From positions 96,001 through 160,000 of the forward strand of contig JAZUKI010000003.1 in assembly GCA_045643205.1 (NCBI GenBank): a stretch of 64,000 bases of DNA. Reading direction: 5' to 3'. Source of the stretch: Clostridia bacterium. GTDB taxonomy: Bacteria; Bacillota; Clostridia; TANB77; CAG-508. Of this stretch, positions 1 to 8,942 are shown piece by piece. Made by a program: the position numbers and the translations under genes. The notes beneath the pieces were generated by a model that worked only from the letters and a program-made list of their open reading frames with translations, was not told where the DNA came from and ran no database searches. The stretch's first letter is position 1. Each line of letters begins with the position of its first letter.

Positions 1-189
1 AAAAATAAGAAATCACCTCTTCCAATAATGCGCATTATAGTTAGAGTTTTGGGTTTTGTCTAGACTTTTAATATAAAATGTGTTACTATTTGTAAGTCAA
101 CAAAATACAATGTTCGACAGGATATTAAATAATAAATTATAATAATAAATATAAATTGTTTTTTAAACAAATTAGACAAGGAGAAAAGA

Positions 190-387
190 ATGGAAGAATT
201 TAAAATAACTAAAGATACACAAATACATGAAATTCTAGAACATGCTCCAGAAAAAGCACAAATATTATTAGATGTAGGAATGCATTGTTTAGAATGTCCT
301 GTTTCTGCATACGAAACATTAGAAGAAGCTTGCATGGTTCATTACGTTGATGTAGATGAAGTCGTAGAAGCTTTAAACAAAAAATAA
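190..387 (+). CDS. DUF1858 domain protein (hybrid-cluster-associated redox-disulfide domain type)
   Basis: 65 aa; GMHCLECP..S..ETLEEAC..H motif typical of the family; AAGGAG RBS upstream. Confidence 0.85.
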   Translation: MEEFKITKDTQIHEILEHAPEKAQILLDVGMHCLECPVSAYETLEEACMVHYVDVDEVVEALNKK

Positions 388-448
388 GCAATATAAAAAG
401 TAAATAAAAACAATGAACAGTAATAATAAAAGATAAAAGCAAAAAAAT

Positions 449-510
449 AAAAGTCAGGAATTATTGAAATGCCCATATTTGTGGTTACCTCAATAATTCC
501 CTGACTTTTT
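449..510. terminator. Bidirectional intrinsic terminator between convergent genes
   Basis: AAAAGTCAGGAATTATTGA...TCAATAATTCCCTGACTTTTT inverted repeat with A/T tracts. Confidence 0.7.
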
Positions 511-1232
511 TATTTATCCCATCCACCTGAAACATTAATTATTTGACCTGTTATATAATCACATTTTTCCAACATCTCAACAACGTTTGCAACATCTACA
601 GGAGTTCCAATTCTTCCAAGAGGAATCTCTTCTTCAATAAATGCTTGTTTTTCCTCATCATCTAATCTAGCGTTCATGTCTGTATCAATTAATCCAGGAG
701 CAATGCTATTAACTCTAATATTTGATAAACCGAATTCTTTGGCAAGAGATTTAGTTAATCCATCAATACCTGCTTTGCTAACTGAATAGATAGATTCACA
801 AGATGCACCTGATTGTCCAAAAATAGAAGAAACATTAATTATATTTCCGAATTTTTGATTAATCATATATTTAGAAACATCTCTACAAGCCCATATATAA
901 GAATATAAATTCGTTTTTAGCAATGAATCAATTTCTTCATTTGAGTAATCTTGAATAGGTGAGAACATATCTACACCTGCATTATTTACTAACAAATCAA
1001 TTCTTCCAAATTTCTCAAAAGTCCAATCGATTAAAGCTTTAACTTGATCAGCTTGAGAAACATCTATTTTATAAATAAAAATATTATTATGCGATTCAGC
1101 TATAGCTTTAGCGCTTTCTTCTGAATTGTTATAGCATAAAACAACATTATAGTTTAAGCTAGAAAGCTTTCTACAAATTTCAGCACCAATTCCTCTTGAA
1201 CCACCAGTAACAATAGATACTTTTTGTTCCAT
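510..1232 (-). CDS. Short-chain dehydrogenase/reductase, FabG-like (resembles YmfI/EF-P 5-aminopentanone reductase subgroup)
   Basis: TGGSRGIG Rossmann motif, NNAG, YSVSK catalytic motif; GASCE segment as in YmfI-like proteins. Confidence 0.85.
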   Translation of the reverse strand: MEQKVSIVTGGSRGIGAEICRKLSSLNYNVVLCYNNSEESAKAIAESHNNIFIYKIDVSQADQVKALIDWTFEKFGRIDLLVNNAGVDMFSPIQDYSNEEIDSLLKTNLYSYIWACRDVSKYMINQKFGNIINVSSIFGQSGASCESIYSVSKAGIDGLTKSLAKEFGLSNIRVNSIAPGLIDTDMNARLDDEEKQAFIEEEIPLGRIGTPVDVANVVEMLEKCDYITGQIINVSGGWDK

Positions 1233-1356
1233 ACAATCTCCTTAATTTTATAAAATTAAACACAATAGAATTATAACACATTAGTAGAACTAAAAAAAGA
1301 CAAAAGAAAAAAGCCTAAAAGCAATAGCAAATCTAAAGCTTAGAGACCTTTAAAAA

Positions 1357-1432
1357 TGGAGCCACTTGTCCGACTTGAACGGACGACCTACTGATTACAG
1401 GTCAGTTGCTCTACCAACTGAGCTAAAGTGGC
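1357..1432 (-). tRNA. tRNA-Thr(UGU)
   Basis: Reverse complement folds as cloverleaf GCCACTTTAGCTCAGTTGGTAGAGC...GTTCAAGTC...TCCA; anticodon loop CC-TGT-AA; encoded CCA. Confidence 0.92.
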
Positions 1433-1437
1433 AAATA

Positions 1438-1512
1438 TGGTGACCCCGACGGGAGTCGAACCCATCACTCCGCCGTGAAAGGGCGATGTCTTAACCGATT
1501 GACCACGGGGCC
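1438..1512 (-). tRNA. tRNA-Glu(UUC)
   Basis: GGCCCCGTGGTCAATCGGTTAAGAC...CT-TTC-AC...GGTTCGACTCC...ACCA. Confidence 0.95.
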
Positions 1513-1518
1513 AAAAAA

Positions 1519-1594
1519 TGGTGAGCCATCGGGGAATCGAACCCCGGACAACTTGATTAAAAGTCAAGTGCTCTACCAACTGAGCTAATGACTC
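1519..1594 (-). tRNA. tRNA-Lys(UUU)
   Basis: GAGTCATTAGCTCAGTTGGTAGAGC...CT-TTT-AA...GGTTCGATTCC...ACCA. Confidence 0.95.
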
Positions 1595-1800
1595 ATGTTG
1601 TACCCACCTTATGTTTCGCGTTGCGAACGATTAATATTGTACTATATTATAGCATTATTGTCAACTATTTTAAACAAAAATATTAATAAATAATTAATAT
1701 TTTTTAATGTGATAAAGTGTTGTAATTTAGAGACATGTAAGAAAATGTGCTCTCTTCAGATAGACTTAGACTAATTTATGATATAATAAATATATAGGAG

Positions 1801-2352
1801 ATGATTAATGTGGTTGGAAATTATATTATAGTGCATGGTAGTTTTGGTTCTTGTGATGGAAACTGGTTTCCATGGTTAAAACAAAAATTAGAAAGTAAAA
1901 AATTGATTGTTGATGTACCACAAATGCCAGTTGGAGTTGGCAATCAAAATTATGAAAATTGGGAAAAAGAATTTAATAAATTAACAATAAATGAAAATAC
2001 AACAATAATTGCACATTCTATTGCACCTATATTTGTATGTAAATATTTAATAAAAAACAAATTGAAAGTGAAAAAATTAATTTTTGTCTGTGGATTTAAT
2101 AACTATTTAGGAATAGATAAAGATTTTGATTCAGTAAATAAACCTATGTTTATAGATAATTATTATGATGTGAAGAACTATTGTAATAATATAATTTGCT
2201 ATTATTCAGATAATGATCCATATGTAAAGTTTGAAGTAGAAAAAGAATTTGCTGATTCTATAGCTAAAAAGCAATACATTGTTAATGACGGTGGTCACAT
2301 AAATGCTGAAAGTGGTTATACGAGTTTTGAACAAATTCTAGAAGAAATTTAG
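1801..2352 (+). CDS. RBBP9/YdeN family alpha/beta hydrolase (true start may be GTG at 1810)
   Basis: IVHG..G...NWFPWL, AHSIA nucleophile elbow, SDNDPYV, GGHIN motifs. Confidence 0.88.
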   Translation: MINVVGNYIIVHGSFGSCDGNWFPWLKQKLESKKLIVDVPQMPVGVGNQNYENWEKEFNKLTINENTTIIAHSIAPIFVCKYLIKNKLKVKKLIFVCGFNNYLGIDKDFDSVNKPMFIDNYYDVKNYCNNIICYYSDNDPYVKFEVEKEFADSIAKKQYIVNDGGHINAESGYTSFEQILEEI

Positions 2353-2590
2353 GTAAGAATTAGGTAAGAAAAAAAGAAAATTAGATACATTTAAATACAG
2401 TTATATACTGTTAAATACCGAATTATAAAGCAATACACAGGGAAATACAGGCATATAAAGCGATAAATGTGAATCCCCTGAAGAGAGCATACAAGTTAAA
2501 ATATAAATATAAATAAAAACAAAAGCCATGTTTTGACAACATGGCTTTTAAAAACTTAATATAAAATCTATTAACTTGTCAATTTACTAA

Positions 2591-3055
2591 TTAATTCATA
2601 TCATCTTGAGCTGCATATTTTCCAAAACCAAGGATTCTTGGAATATACTTAATTGTTTTATAAAAAGCTAATTTAACTTTCTTAATAAAAATATAAGAAG
2701 GGCTTAATTTATAAGAAACAACTACTTGTTGTTCTGGAATAACAGCTAAAGCTTTTTCACAAGGTTTAACTTCAAAGTTAAAGTTTTGTCCAAATTTATT
2801 ATCCCAATCACCATTACCACTCATAAAACATAAGTGTAATTCATCGGTTCCAACAATTTGAAACTTAGCTTGAAAACCAAGTTCTGTTTTTTCCATTTCA
2901 ATTTCAGTAAGATCATGCCATTCGTTACCAAAGCCATAATGCAATGTAACTTTTTCATCACCTCTCTGAAAGAAATAACCCATATATGAAATTTTAACAG
3001 TATCATTTTCAACTAACTTATCTGTGTTGAAAAAAATATTTGGTTCTAATTCCAT
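2591..3055 (-). CDS. Starch/carbohydrate-binding module protein (CBM53/CBM25-like)
   Basis: LHYGFGNEW and CF....WDN..GQNFNF motifs; amphipathic C-terminal helix. Confidence 0.75.
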   Translation of the reverse strand: MELEPNIFFNTDKLVENDTVKISYMGYFFQRGDEKVTLHYGFGNEWHDLTEIEMEKTELGFQAKFQIVGTDELHLCFMSGNGDWDNKFGQNFNFEVKPCEKALAVIPEQQVVVSYKLSPSYIFIKKVKLAFYKTIKYIPRILGFGKYAAQDDMN

Positions 3056-3174
3056 TCTGCCATCTCTCCTACAATAATTATAAACAAATTATAAGTTAAC
3101 TGGTAATTTATAGCAAGTAAAAGAAGTTAAATGACATTGAAATGTAAAAGTCATGTAACACTTATGAAATTTAA

Positions 3175-3777
3175 CTAGAAAACAATAAATTTATTTTCTT
3201 TAGGATTATTTATACCAAGAATTTTGCCAACAATAAAATAATTATCATCATTATCTAAAACAATATCTTCAATAGATTCATTATCAGCTCTTAAAACAAT
3301 ATCATGTTTACGAACGATAAATTTTCTAACAATTAGTGAATTATTATAGTTAAATAATCCAATATCTTTATTTGATAAAGGAGCGTTTTCTTCAATGTAC
3401 ATTATTGTTCCAGTAGGAATCTTGCTCTCCATGTTTTTATCAAAAGATTTAATAGCAAAAGATGCATTGTAAAAAGCTTTAGGGCATTTAGAAAAACCTT
3501 TAATTGAAGAGAAAACAGGAATAGAATTGTAATTTATATGGGATGGCGCATCATAGTGTTTTTGCTCTTCATCTAATTCAAATTCGAATGCACGCATAAT
3601 TGGTTGATAAGGAATTTTTAAAGCATTGCAAATTGAAATTAGAGCTTTTAAACTAGGATTTCTTTCACCTTTTTCAATATGAGTCAAATGGCCAACGTTA
3701 ATCCCAGTAAGGTCAGAAAGTGTTGTTTTAGACATCTTTTTATCTTTTCTAATTTGTTCTAATAAAGCACCAATCAT
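3175..3777 (-). CDS. XRE-type HTH regulator with LexA/S24-like C-terminal domain
   Basis: N-terminal HTH (IEKGERNPSLKAL); C-terminal S24 fold ending in IVGKIL. Confidence 0.82.
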   Translation of the reverse strand: MIGALLEQIRKDKKMSKTTLSDLTGINVGHLTHIEKGERNPSLKALISICNALKIPYQPIMRAFEFELDEEQKHYDAPSHINYNSIPVFSSIKGFSKCPKAFYNASFAIKSFDKNMESKIPTGTIMYIEENAPLSNKDIGLFNYNNSLIVRKFIVRKHDIVLRADNESIEDIVLDNDDNYFIVGKILGINNPKENKFIVF

Positions 3778-3926
3778 ACTATCTCCTTAAAATTAAATAA
3801 AATTTAAACTTAAATAAAATTATAATATTGGTTACTTAAAAAGTCTAGTAAAAAGTTTTTATATATGTTAATATTTTAGTGATTTAAGCAGTGGAGACAA
3901 ATTGTTTTTATAGAAAGGAAAAAATA

Positions 3927-4436
3927 ATGGAAGACGATAAAAACAAAAAAAGAGAAGATTATTTAAAATGGGATGAATACTTTATGGCAATAGCAAAGTT
4001 ATCATCAATGAGAAGTAAAGATCCATCAACACAAGTTGGAGCATGCATAGTTGCAAAAGATAACAGAATATTATCAATAGGATATAACGGCGCACCAAAT
4101 GGATATGATGATAATGAATTTCCATGGGGAAGAGATGGCGAAGAATTAGAAACAAAATATCCATACGTTTGTCATGCCGAACTTAATGCGATTTTAAACT
4201 ATAGAGGAAACAAAAGAGAATTAGAAAGTAGTACTTTATATGTAACATTATTTCCATGTAATGAATGCGCTAAAATAGTAATTCAATCAGGTATAAAGAA
4301 CATTGTTTACTTATCTGCGAAATATGCAGACTCAGCAAATAATATAGCTGCAAGAAAATTATTTGATGCATGTGGCGTAAAATATGAGCAATTGAACACC
4401 GAAGGAATGAGAGACATTGAAATTAATTTAAAATAA
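3927..4436 (+). CDS. dCMP deaminase (ComEB family)
   Basis: WDEYFM, RSKDPSTQVGA, HAELNA and PCNEC zinc motifs; start moved to the ATG after the AAAGGA RBS. Confidence 0.93.
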   Translation: MEDDKNKKREDYLKWDEYFMAIAKLSSMRSKDPSTQVGACIVAKDNRILSIGYNGAPNGYDDNEFPWGRDGEELETKYPYVCHAELNAILNYRGNKRELESSTLYVTLFPCNECAKIVIQSGIKNIVYLSAKYADSANNIAARKLFDACGVKYEQLNTEGMRDIEINLK

Positions 4437-4517
4437 ATTTATTGACACTTTGAAAAAAGCGTTGTATAATAGCAAAGTGCAAAGGAAAAAGATTTATACT
4501 TTGCTATTATACTTTAT

Positions 4518-4593
4518 GGGTGACTAGCTCAGTTGGTAGAGCAGCTGACTCTTAATCAGAAGGTCCGGGGTTCGATCCCCCGGTCGCCCACCA
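4518..4593 (+). tRNA. tRNA-Lys(CUU)
   Basis: GGGTGACTAGCTCAGTTGGTAGAGC...CT-CTT-AA...GGTTCGATCCC...ACCA; TTGACA/TATAAT promoter upstream, hairpin plus T-tract downstream. Confidence 0.95.
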
Positions 4594-4731
4594 TAAAAGA
4601 GAGTAGAATTTCTACTCTCTCTTTTTTTGTTTTATAAGAAACAAAAAATCTTCTTTATAAGAAATAAAATTATTTTTTTATAAGTAATAAAAAAAGACTC
4701 CACAATGTGAAGTCTTGAATATTAAAATCAA

Positions 4732-5010
4732 TTATTTATGATTTACAACATCCTTTAAAGCTTTTCCAGCTTTGAATACTGGAACTTTCTTTGCAGGGAT
4801 TTTCATTTCAGCACCAGTTTGAGGATTTCTTCCTTTTCTAGCACTTCTCTTTTTAACATCGAATGATCCAAATCCAACTAATTGAACTTTATCACCTTTC
4901 TTTAATGCTACGCTGATTGAATCAACCATAGCGTCTAATGCTGCTTCAGCAGCTTTCTTGCTAGAGCCAGTTTTCTTAGCCATAGCTTCTACTAATTCAG
5001 ATTTATTCAT
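4732..5010 (-). CDS. hup: DNA-binding protein HU
   Basis: [33 protein letters not shown] signature. Confidence 0.97.
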   Translation of the reverse strand: MNKSELVEAMAKKTGSSKKAAEAALDAMVDSISVALKKGDKVQLVGFGSFDVKKRSARKGRNPQTGAEMKIPAKKVPVFKAGKALKDVVNHK

Positions 5011-5393
5011 AACAAACCTCCTAATTAAAATCTAAATTTTTGCTATCTTTTGTATACGCTTAATTTAGCAAAATTTAAGGCTGTTGTCAAGCGAAAGTTA
5101 CCATTTTTAAGGTCTACAGCGATTTTTTACAATTATGTAACCTAAAAACGTTGAAAAATAAGGCTTTTTCAATGAAAAAACACGAAACCTTGAAAGTATT
5201 GCAAAATAAAGCATTGGAGATACAGTAAAAAAGTAAAATACAAAAACAAGTAAAAAATCAATGGAAAAATTTGAGAAAAAAATACCAAAAATCAAATCAA
5301 ATTTTACAATTATATTTCATTTAATAATCTACAGTTTACTATACAATAATATTATTGATAGAATTAGTATGATTAAAACGGAGGATAAAAAAC

Positions 5394-6863
5394 ATGAAAA
5401 CAAAAGTAAAAATATTAGCAACAATATTTGTAATATTGTTAGCTACCTTACTAATGTCTACAAGTTCATTAGGAGCGGTTAGTATTATTTTACCTATGCA
5501 ACTCATAAATGGAAGAGGAACAATAGTAGTAAGTGGTAACACAGAGAATGATAAAATATATTATCAATCTATAGTAATGACAGATGAACAATATCAAAAA
5601 TTAAATTCATATATAGAAAGAATTCAAACAGAACAGAACGATTTTACAGCTAAATTTGATGCAAAAAACAGAATATATACAGAATTAGCAAAAAAAGTAA
5701 ATAATCAAACTGCAACGCAAGAAGAAATAAATCTAGCAAGAGAATTATATACAGAATTACTTGAAATGAAAGAAGAACAGGAAGAAGAACAAAAAAAATT
5801 AATAAGCAACCTAGAGGCATTCTATCCTAGATATAATAATGATAATTGGATTGAAGCTGTAGATGGTAAAGTAGAAATAACAAACAAAACAGCTGAAGAC
5901 AAATATTATGTTTTATGGGCAAAAGTTGGAGACACTGTAGATAAGCTAGTTTATAAAGTTAGCGCAATGGCAGATCCAGAAATTCCAAAGAAAGACATAA
6001 AAGTTGAAGTTGGAAAAACATTAGAATTAACAGGAATTGAAGGAACAGATTTATCAACAATTACTTGGACAAGTGATGATCCAACAATAGCAACAATTAC
6101 AAATAATAAAGTAAATGGATTAAAAATTGGAGCTACAATAATTAGAGGAAAGAAAGATGGAAAAGAAGTAATAGATATTTATGTTACAGTTAAATCAGAA
6201 AATTCAACAAAACCAACAACAGATATTCCTGATGATGCAAAAACATATAATGGACATACATATTATTATTTCTCAGGAAATAAATCTTGGGATGATGCAA
6301 AAGCATACTGTGAAAAAATTGGTGGACACTTAGTTACAATTACAACAAAAGATGAATCAGATTTTATAAAAACATTAAACAGCACACATAAAGCATGGAT
6401 TGGTGGATATAGAACAAGTGGAACATCAACAGATTGGAAATGGGTAACAAACGAAGCTTGGAATTATACAGATTGGAATACAAATGAACCAAGTAGTAAA
6501 TCAAATGAAAACAGAGCAGTAGTACTTCCTACAAAATGGGGAGCTTTAAATAATAATAGTACAGAAGTAGCTGGCTTTATTTGCGAATGGGATGAAGCAA
6601 AATCAGATGATGGAGGAAAGAGTGGATCAAATCAAACAGATCCAAAAAATCAAGATCCAGAAAATCAAAAACCAAATGAAGAAGTAATCTATTCACAAAA
6701 AGGAACTAGCCAAACAACTCCAAAATCAACAAGTGGTGATCAATCAATAGCAAATAAAAAGATTCCACAAACAGGTGAGAGCATGGTAGCAATCATTGCT
6801 TTAGTTGCAGTTGCAGGAGTATCAGTTATTATATTTGTAAACTACAGAAAAAATAATAAATAG
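5394..6863 (+). CDS. Cell-wall-anchored surface protein with Ig-like (Big_2) and C-type lectin domains
   Basis: Signal peptide; TWTSDDPTIATI Big_2 motif; SWDDAKAYCEKIGGHLVTI...WIG...FICEW CTLD; IPQTG, hydrophobic helix and basic tail. Confidence 0.85.
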   Translation: MKTKVKILATIFVILLATLLMSTSSLGAVSIILPMQLINGRGTIVVSGNTENDKIYYQSIVMTDEQYQKLNSYIERIQTEQNDFTAKFDAKNRIYTELAKKVNNQTATQEEINLARELYTELLEMKEEQEEEQKKLISNLEAFYPRYNNDNWIEAVDGKVEITNKTAEDKYYVLWAKVGDTVDKLVYKVSAMADPEIPKKDIKVEVGKTLELTGIEGTDLSTITWTSDDPTIATITNNKVNGLKIGATIIRGKKDGKEVIDIYVTVKSENSTKPTTDIPDDAKTYNGHTYYYFSGNKSWDDAKAYCEKIGGHLVTITTKDESDFIKTLNSTHKAWIGGYRTSGTSTDWKWVTNEAWNYTDWNTNEPSSKSNENRAVVLPTKWGALNNNSTEVAGFICEWDEAKSDDGGKSGSNQTDPKNQDPENQKPNEEVIYSQKGTSQTTPKSTSGDQSIANKKIPQTGESMVAIIALVAVAGVSVIIFVNYRKNNK

Positions 6864-7255
6864 ACAAAAGATTTACAAAAAACAAAAGAACAAATAACTA
6901 TAAGAACTAAAGATTTTAAAAAGATAAAACAAAAGAATAAATAACCATAATCACTAAAGATTTAAAAAACTAAAGACGATAAAAATAGAAATACAAAAGA
7001 TTATGAAAAATTGAGTAAGTTGCAAAACTTACTCAATTTTTTATTACTTATAAAATTCCGGCTAAGAGAGGGATATTTGTTGCGTTTATAATCTTTTGTG
7101 TTATACTTGGCATAGCATTATGTGTTATAGTTTCTAACTTGTGAAAGAGTTGATATTATTGAATTAATTAAAGAAAGATGTTATAATGACAAGGCATGTA
7201 TTTTTAATAAATTGCTAGAAAAATACAAATAGCACGAATTAATAGGAGAAGAAAA

Positions 7256-8839
7256 ATGCTACAAGTAACAGGAGTTTCCGTTAGATTTGGAAAAAGAAGT
7301 TTATTTGAAAACGTTAATTTAAAATTCAGCAAAGGTTGTTGCTATGGAATCATAGGAGCAAACGGCGCTGGAAAATCAACATTTTTAAAGGTTTTATCAG
7401 GAGAACTAGAACCAAGCAAAGGCGAAGTTACAAAAGATAAAACAGAAAGAATATCTGTTTTACAACAAAACCACTTTGCTTTCGAAGAGTTTTCAGTAAT
7501 AGATACTGTTGTTATGGGCAACAAAGAATTATATGACATCAGAGTAGAAAAAGATGCTATCTATGCAAAGCCAGATTTTAGCGAAGCTGATGGAATGAAA
7601 GCTGCCAGACTTGAAGAAAGATTTGCTGAATTAGACGGATGGAATGCAGAATCAGATGCAGAAGTTTTATTAAATGATCTAGGAATTGAATCAGATAAAC
7701 ATTATTTATTAATGAAAGATTTAGAAGCAAAAGATAAAGTTAAGGTTTTATTAGCTCAAGCTTTATTTGGAAATCCAGACATCTTATTACTAGATGAGCC
7801 TACAAACGACTTAGATTTAAAATCAATTTCATGGCTTGAAGAATTCTTAATCAATTATGAAAACACAGTTATTGTAGTATCACACGATAGATATTTCTTA
7901 AACAAAGTATGTACTCATATTTGTGATGTTGATTATGGTGAAATAAAACTTTATCCTGGAAACTACGATTTCTGGTATGAATCTTCACAATTACTTCAAA
8001 AACAAATGAGAGATCAAAACAAGAAGAAAGAAGAAAAAATTAAAGAACTTGAAGAATTCATTAGAAGATTCTCTGCTAATGCATCAAAATCTAAACAAGC
8101 TACTTCAAGAAAAAAATCTTTAGAGAAAATTCAACTTGATGATATTAAACCATCAAACAGAAAGTACCCATACATAAACTTTACTCCAGATAGACAACCA
8201 GGAAATGAAATTCTAGAAGTAAACAATTTAAGCAAAACAGTAAATGGAGAAAAAGTTTTAGACAATATTTCATTTAAGGTAAAGGCAGACGACAAGATAG
8301 CTGTTTTAGCAGAAAATGAAAATGCAATGACAGTATTATTCCAAATATTAATAGGCGAAGCAGAGGCAGATTCAGGAGAAGTAAAATGGGGAACAACAAT
8401 TACAAATTCATATTTCCCAAAAGACAACAACTACCTATTTAAAGGAACAGAAAGTATAACAGATTGGTTAAGACAATATTCAAAAGATCCAGATGAAACA
8501 TATGTTAGAAGTTTCTTAGGAAGAATGTTATTCTCAGGAGAAGAAGCATTAAAAGCAGTCAATGTTTTATCAGGAGGAGAAAAAGTTAGATGTGTTCTTT
8601 CAAAAATAATGTTATCAGGAGCAAACTTCTTAGTATTTGATGAACCAACAAACCATTTAGATATGGAATCAATTACAGCATTAAACGAAGGAATGACAAG
8701 ATTTACAGGAAACATGATATTCACATCACATGATCATCAATTAACACAGACAGTTGCAAACAGAATTCTTGAAATCAAGAAAGACGGAACATTAATAGAT
8801 AAAGAAACAACATATAATGAATATTTAGGATTAGAATAA
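7256..8839 (+). CDS. ABC-F family ATP-binding protein (YbiT/YkpA-like)
   Basis: Two ABC domains, GANGAGKST, LDEPTN twice, interdomain linker, no TM segments. Confidence 0.92.
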   Translation: MLQVTGVSVRFGKRSLFENVNLKFSKGCCYGIIGANGAGKSTFLKVLSGELEPSKGEVTKDKTERISVLQQNHFAFEEFSVIDTVVMGNKELYDIRVEKDAIYAKPDFSEADGMKAARLEERFAELDGWNAESDAEVLLNDLGIESDKHYLLMKDLEAKDKVKVLLAQALFGNPDILLLDEPTNDLDLKSISWLEEFLINYENTVIVVSHDRYFLNKVCTHICDVDYGEIKLYPGNYDFWYESSQLLQKQMRDQNKKKEEKIKELEEFIRRFSANASKSKQATSRKKSLEKIQLDDIKPSNRKYPYINFTPDRQPGNEILEVNNLSKTVNGEKVLDNISFKVKADDKIAVLAENENAMTVLFQILIGEAEADSGEVKWGTTITNSYFPKDNNYLFKGTESITDWLRQYSKDPDETYVRSFLGRMLFSGEEALKAVNVLSGGEKVRCVLSKIMLSGANFLVFDEPTNHLDMESITALNEGMTRFTGNMIFTSHDHQLTQTVANRILEIKKDGTLIDKETTYNEYLGLE

Positions 8840-8942
8840 AAAAAGAAGAGCAGAATTAAGTTGAAGTTATCAACTAAGTTTCTGCTCTTTTATTTTGACT
8901 TTAAGATTAAAAGTCGATTTAAATAAATTTTGATTTTTAATA

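Noticed and set aside
25-38. Perfect palindrome ATAATGCGCATTAT near a minus-strand RBS at the window edge
   Set aside because: Could be an operator, but it is a single instance and the regulated gene lies outside the window
1388-1579. 63-aa ORF MVEHLTFNQVVRGSIP...
   Set aside because: Spurious translation of the tRNA-Lys/Glu/Thr cluster
6878-6972. Imperfect ~47-bp tandem duplication after the lectin gene
   Set aside because: Only two A-rich copies; looks like slippage with no structure
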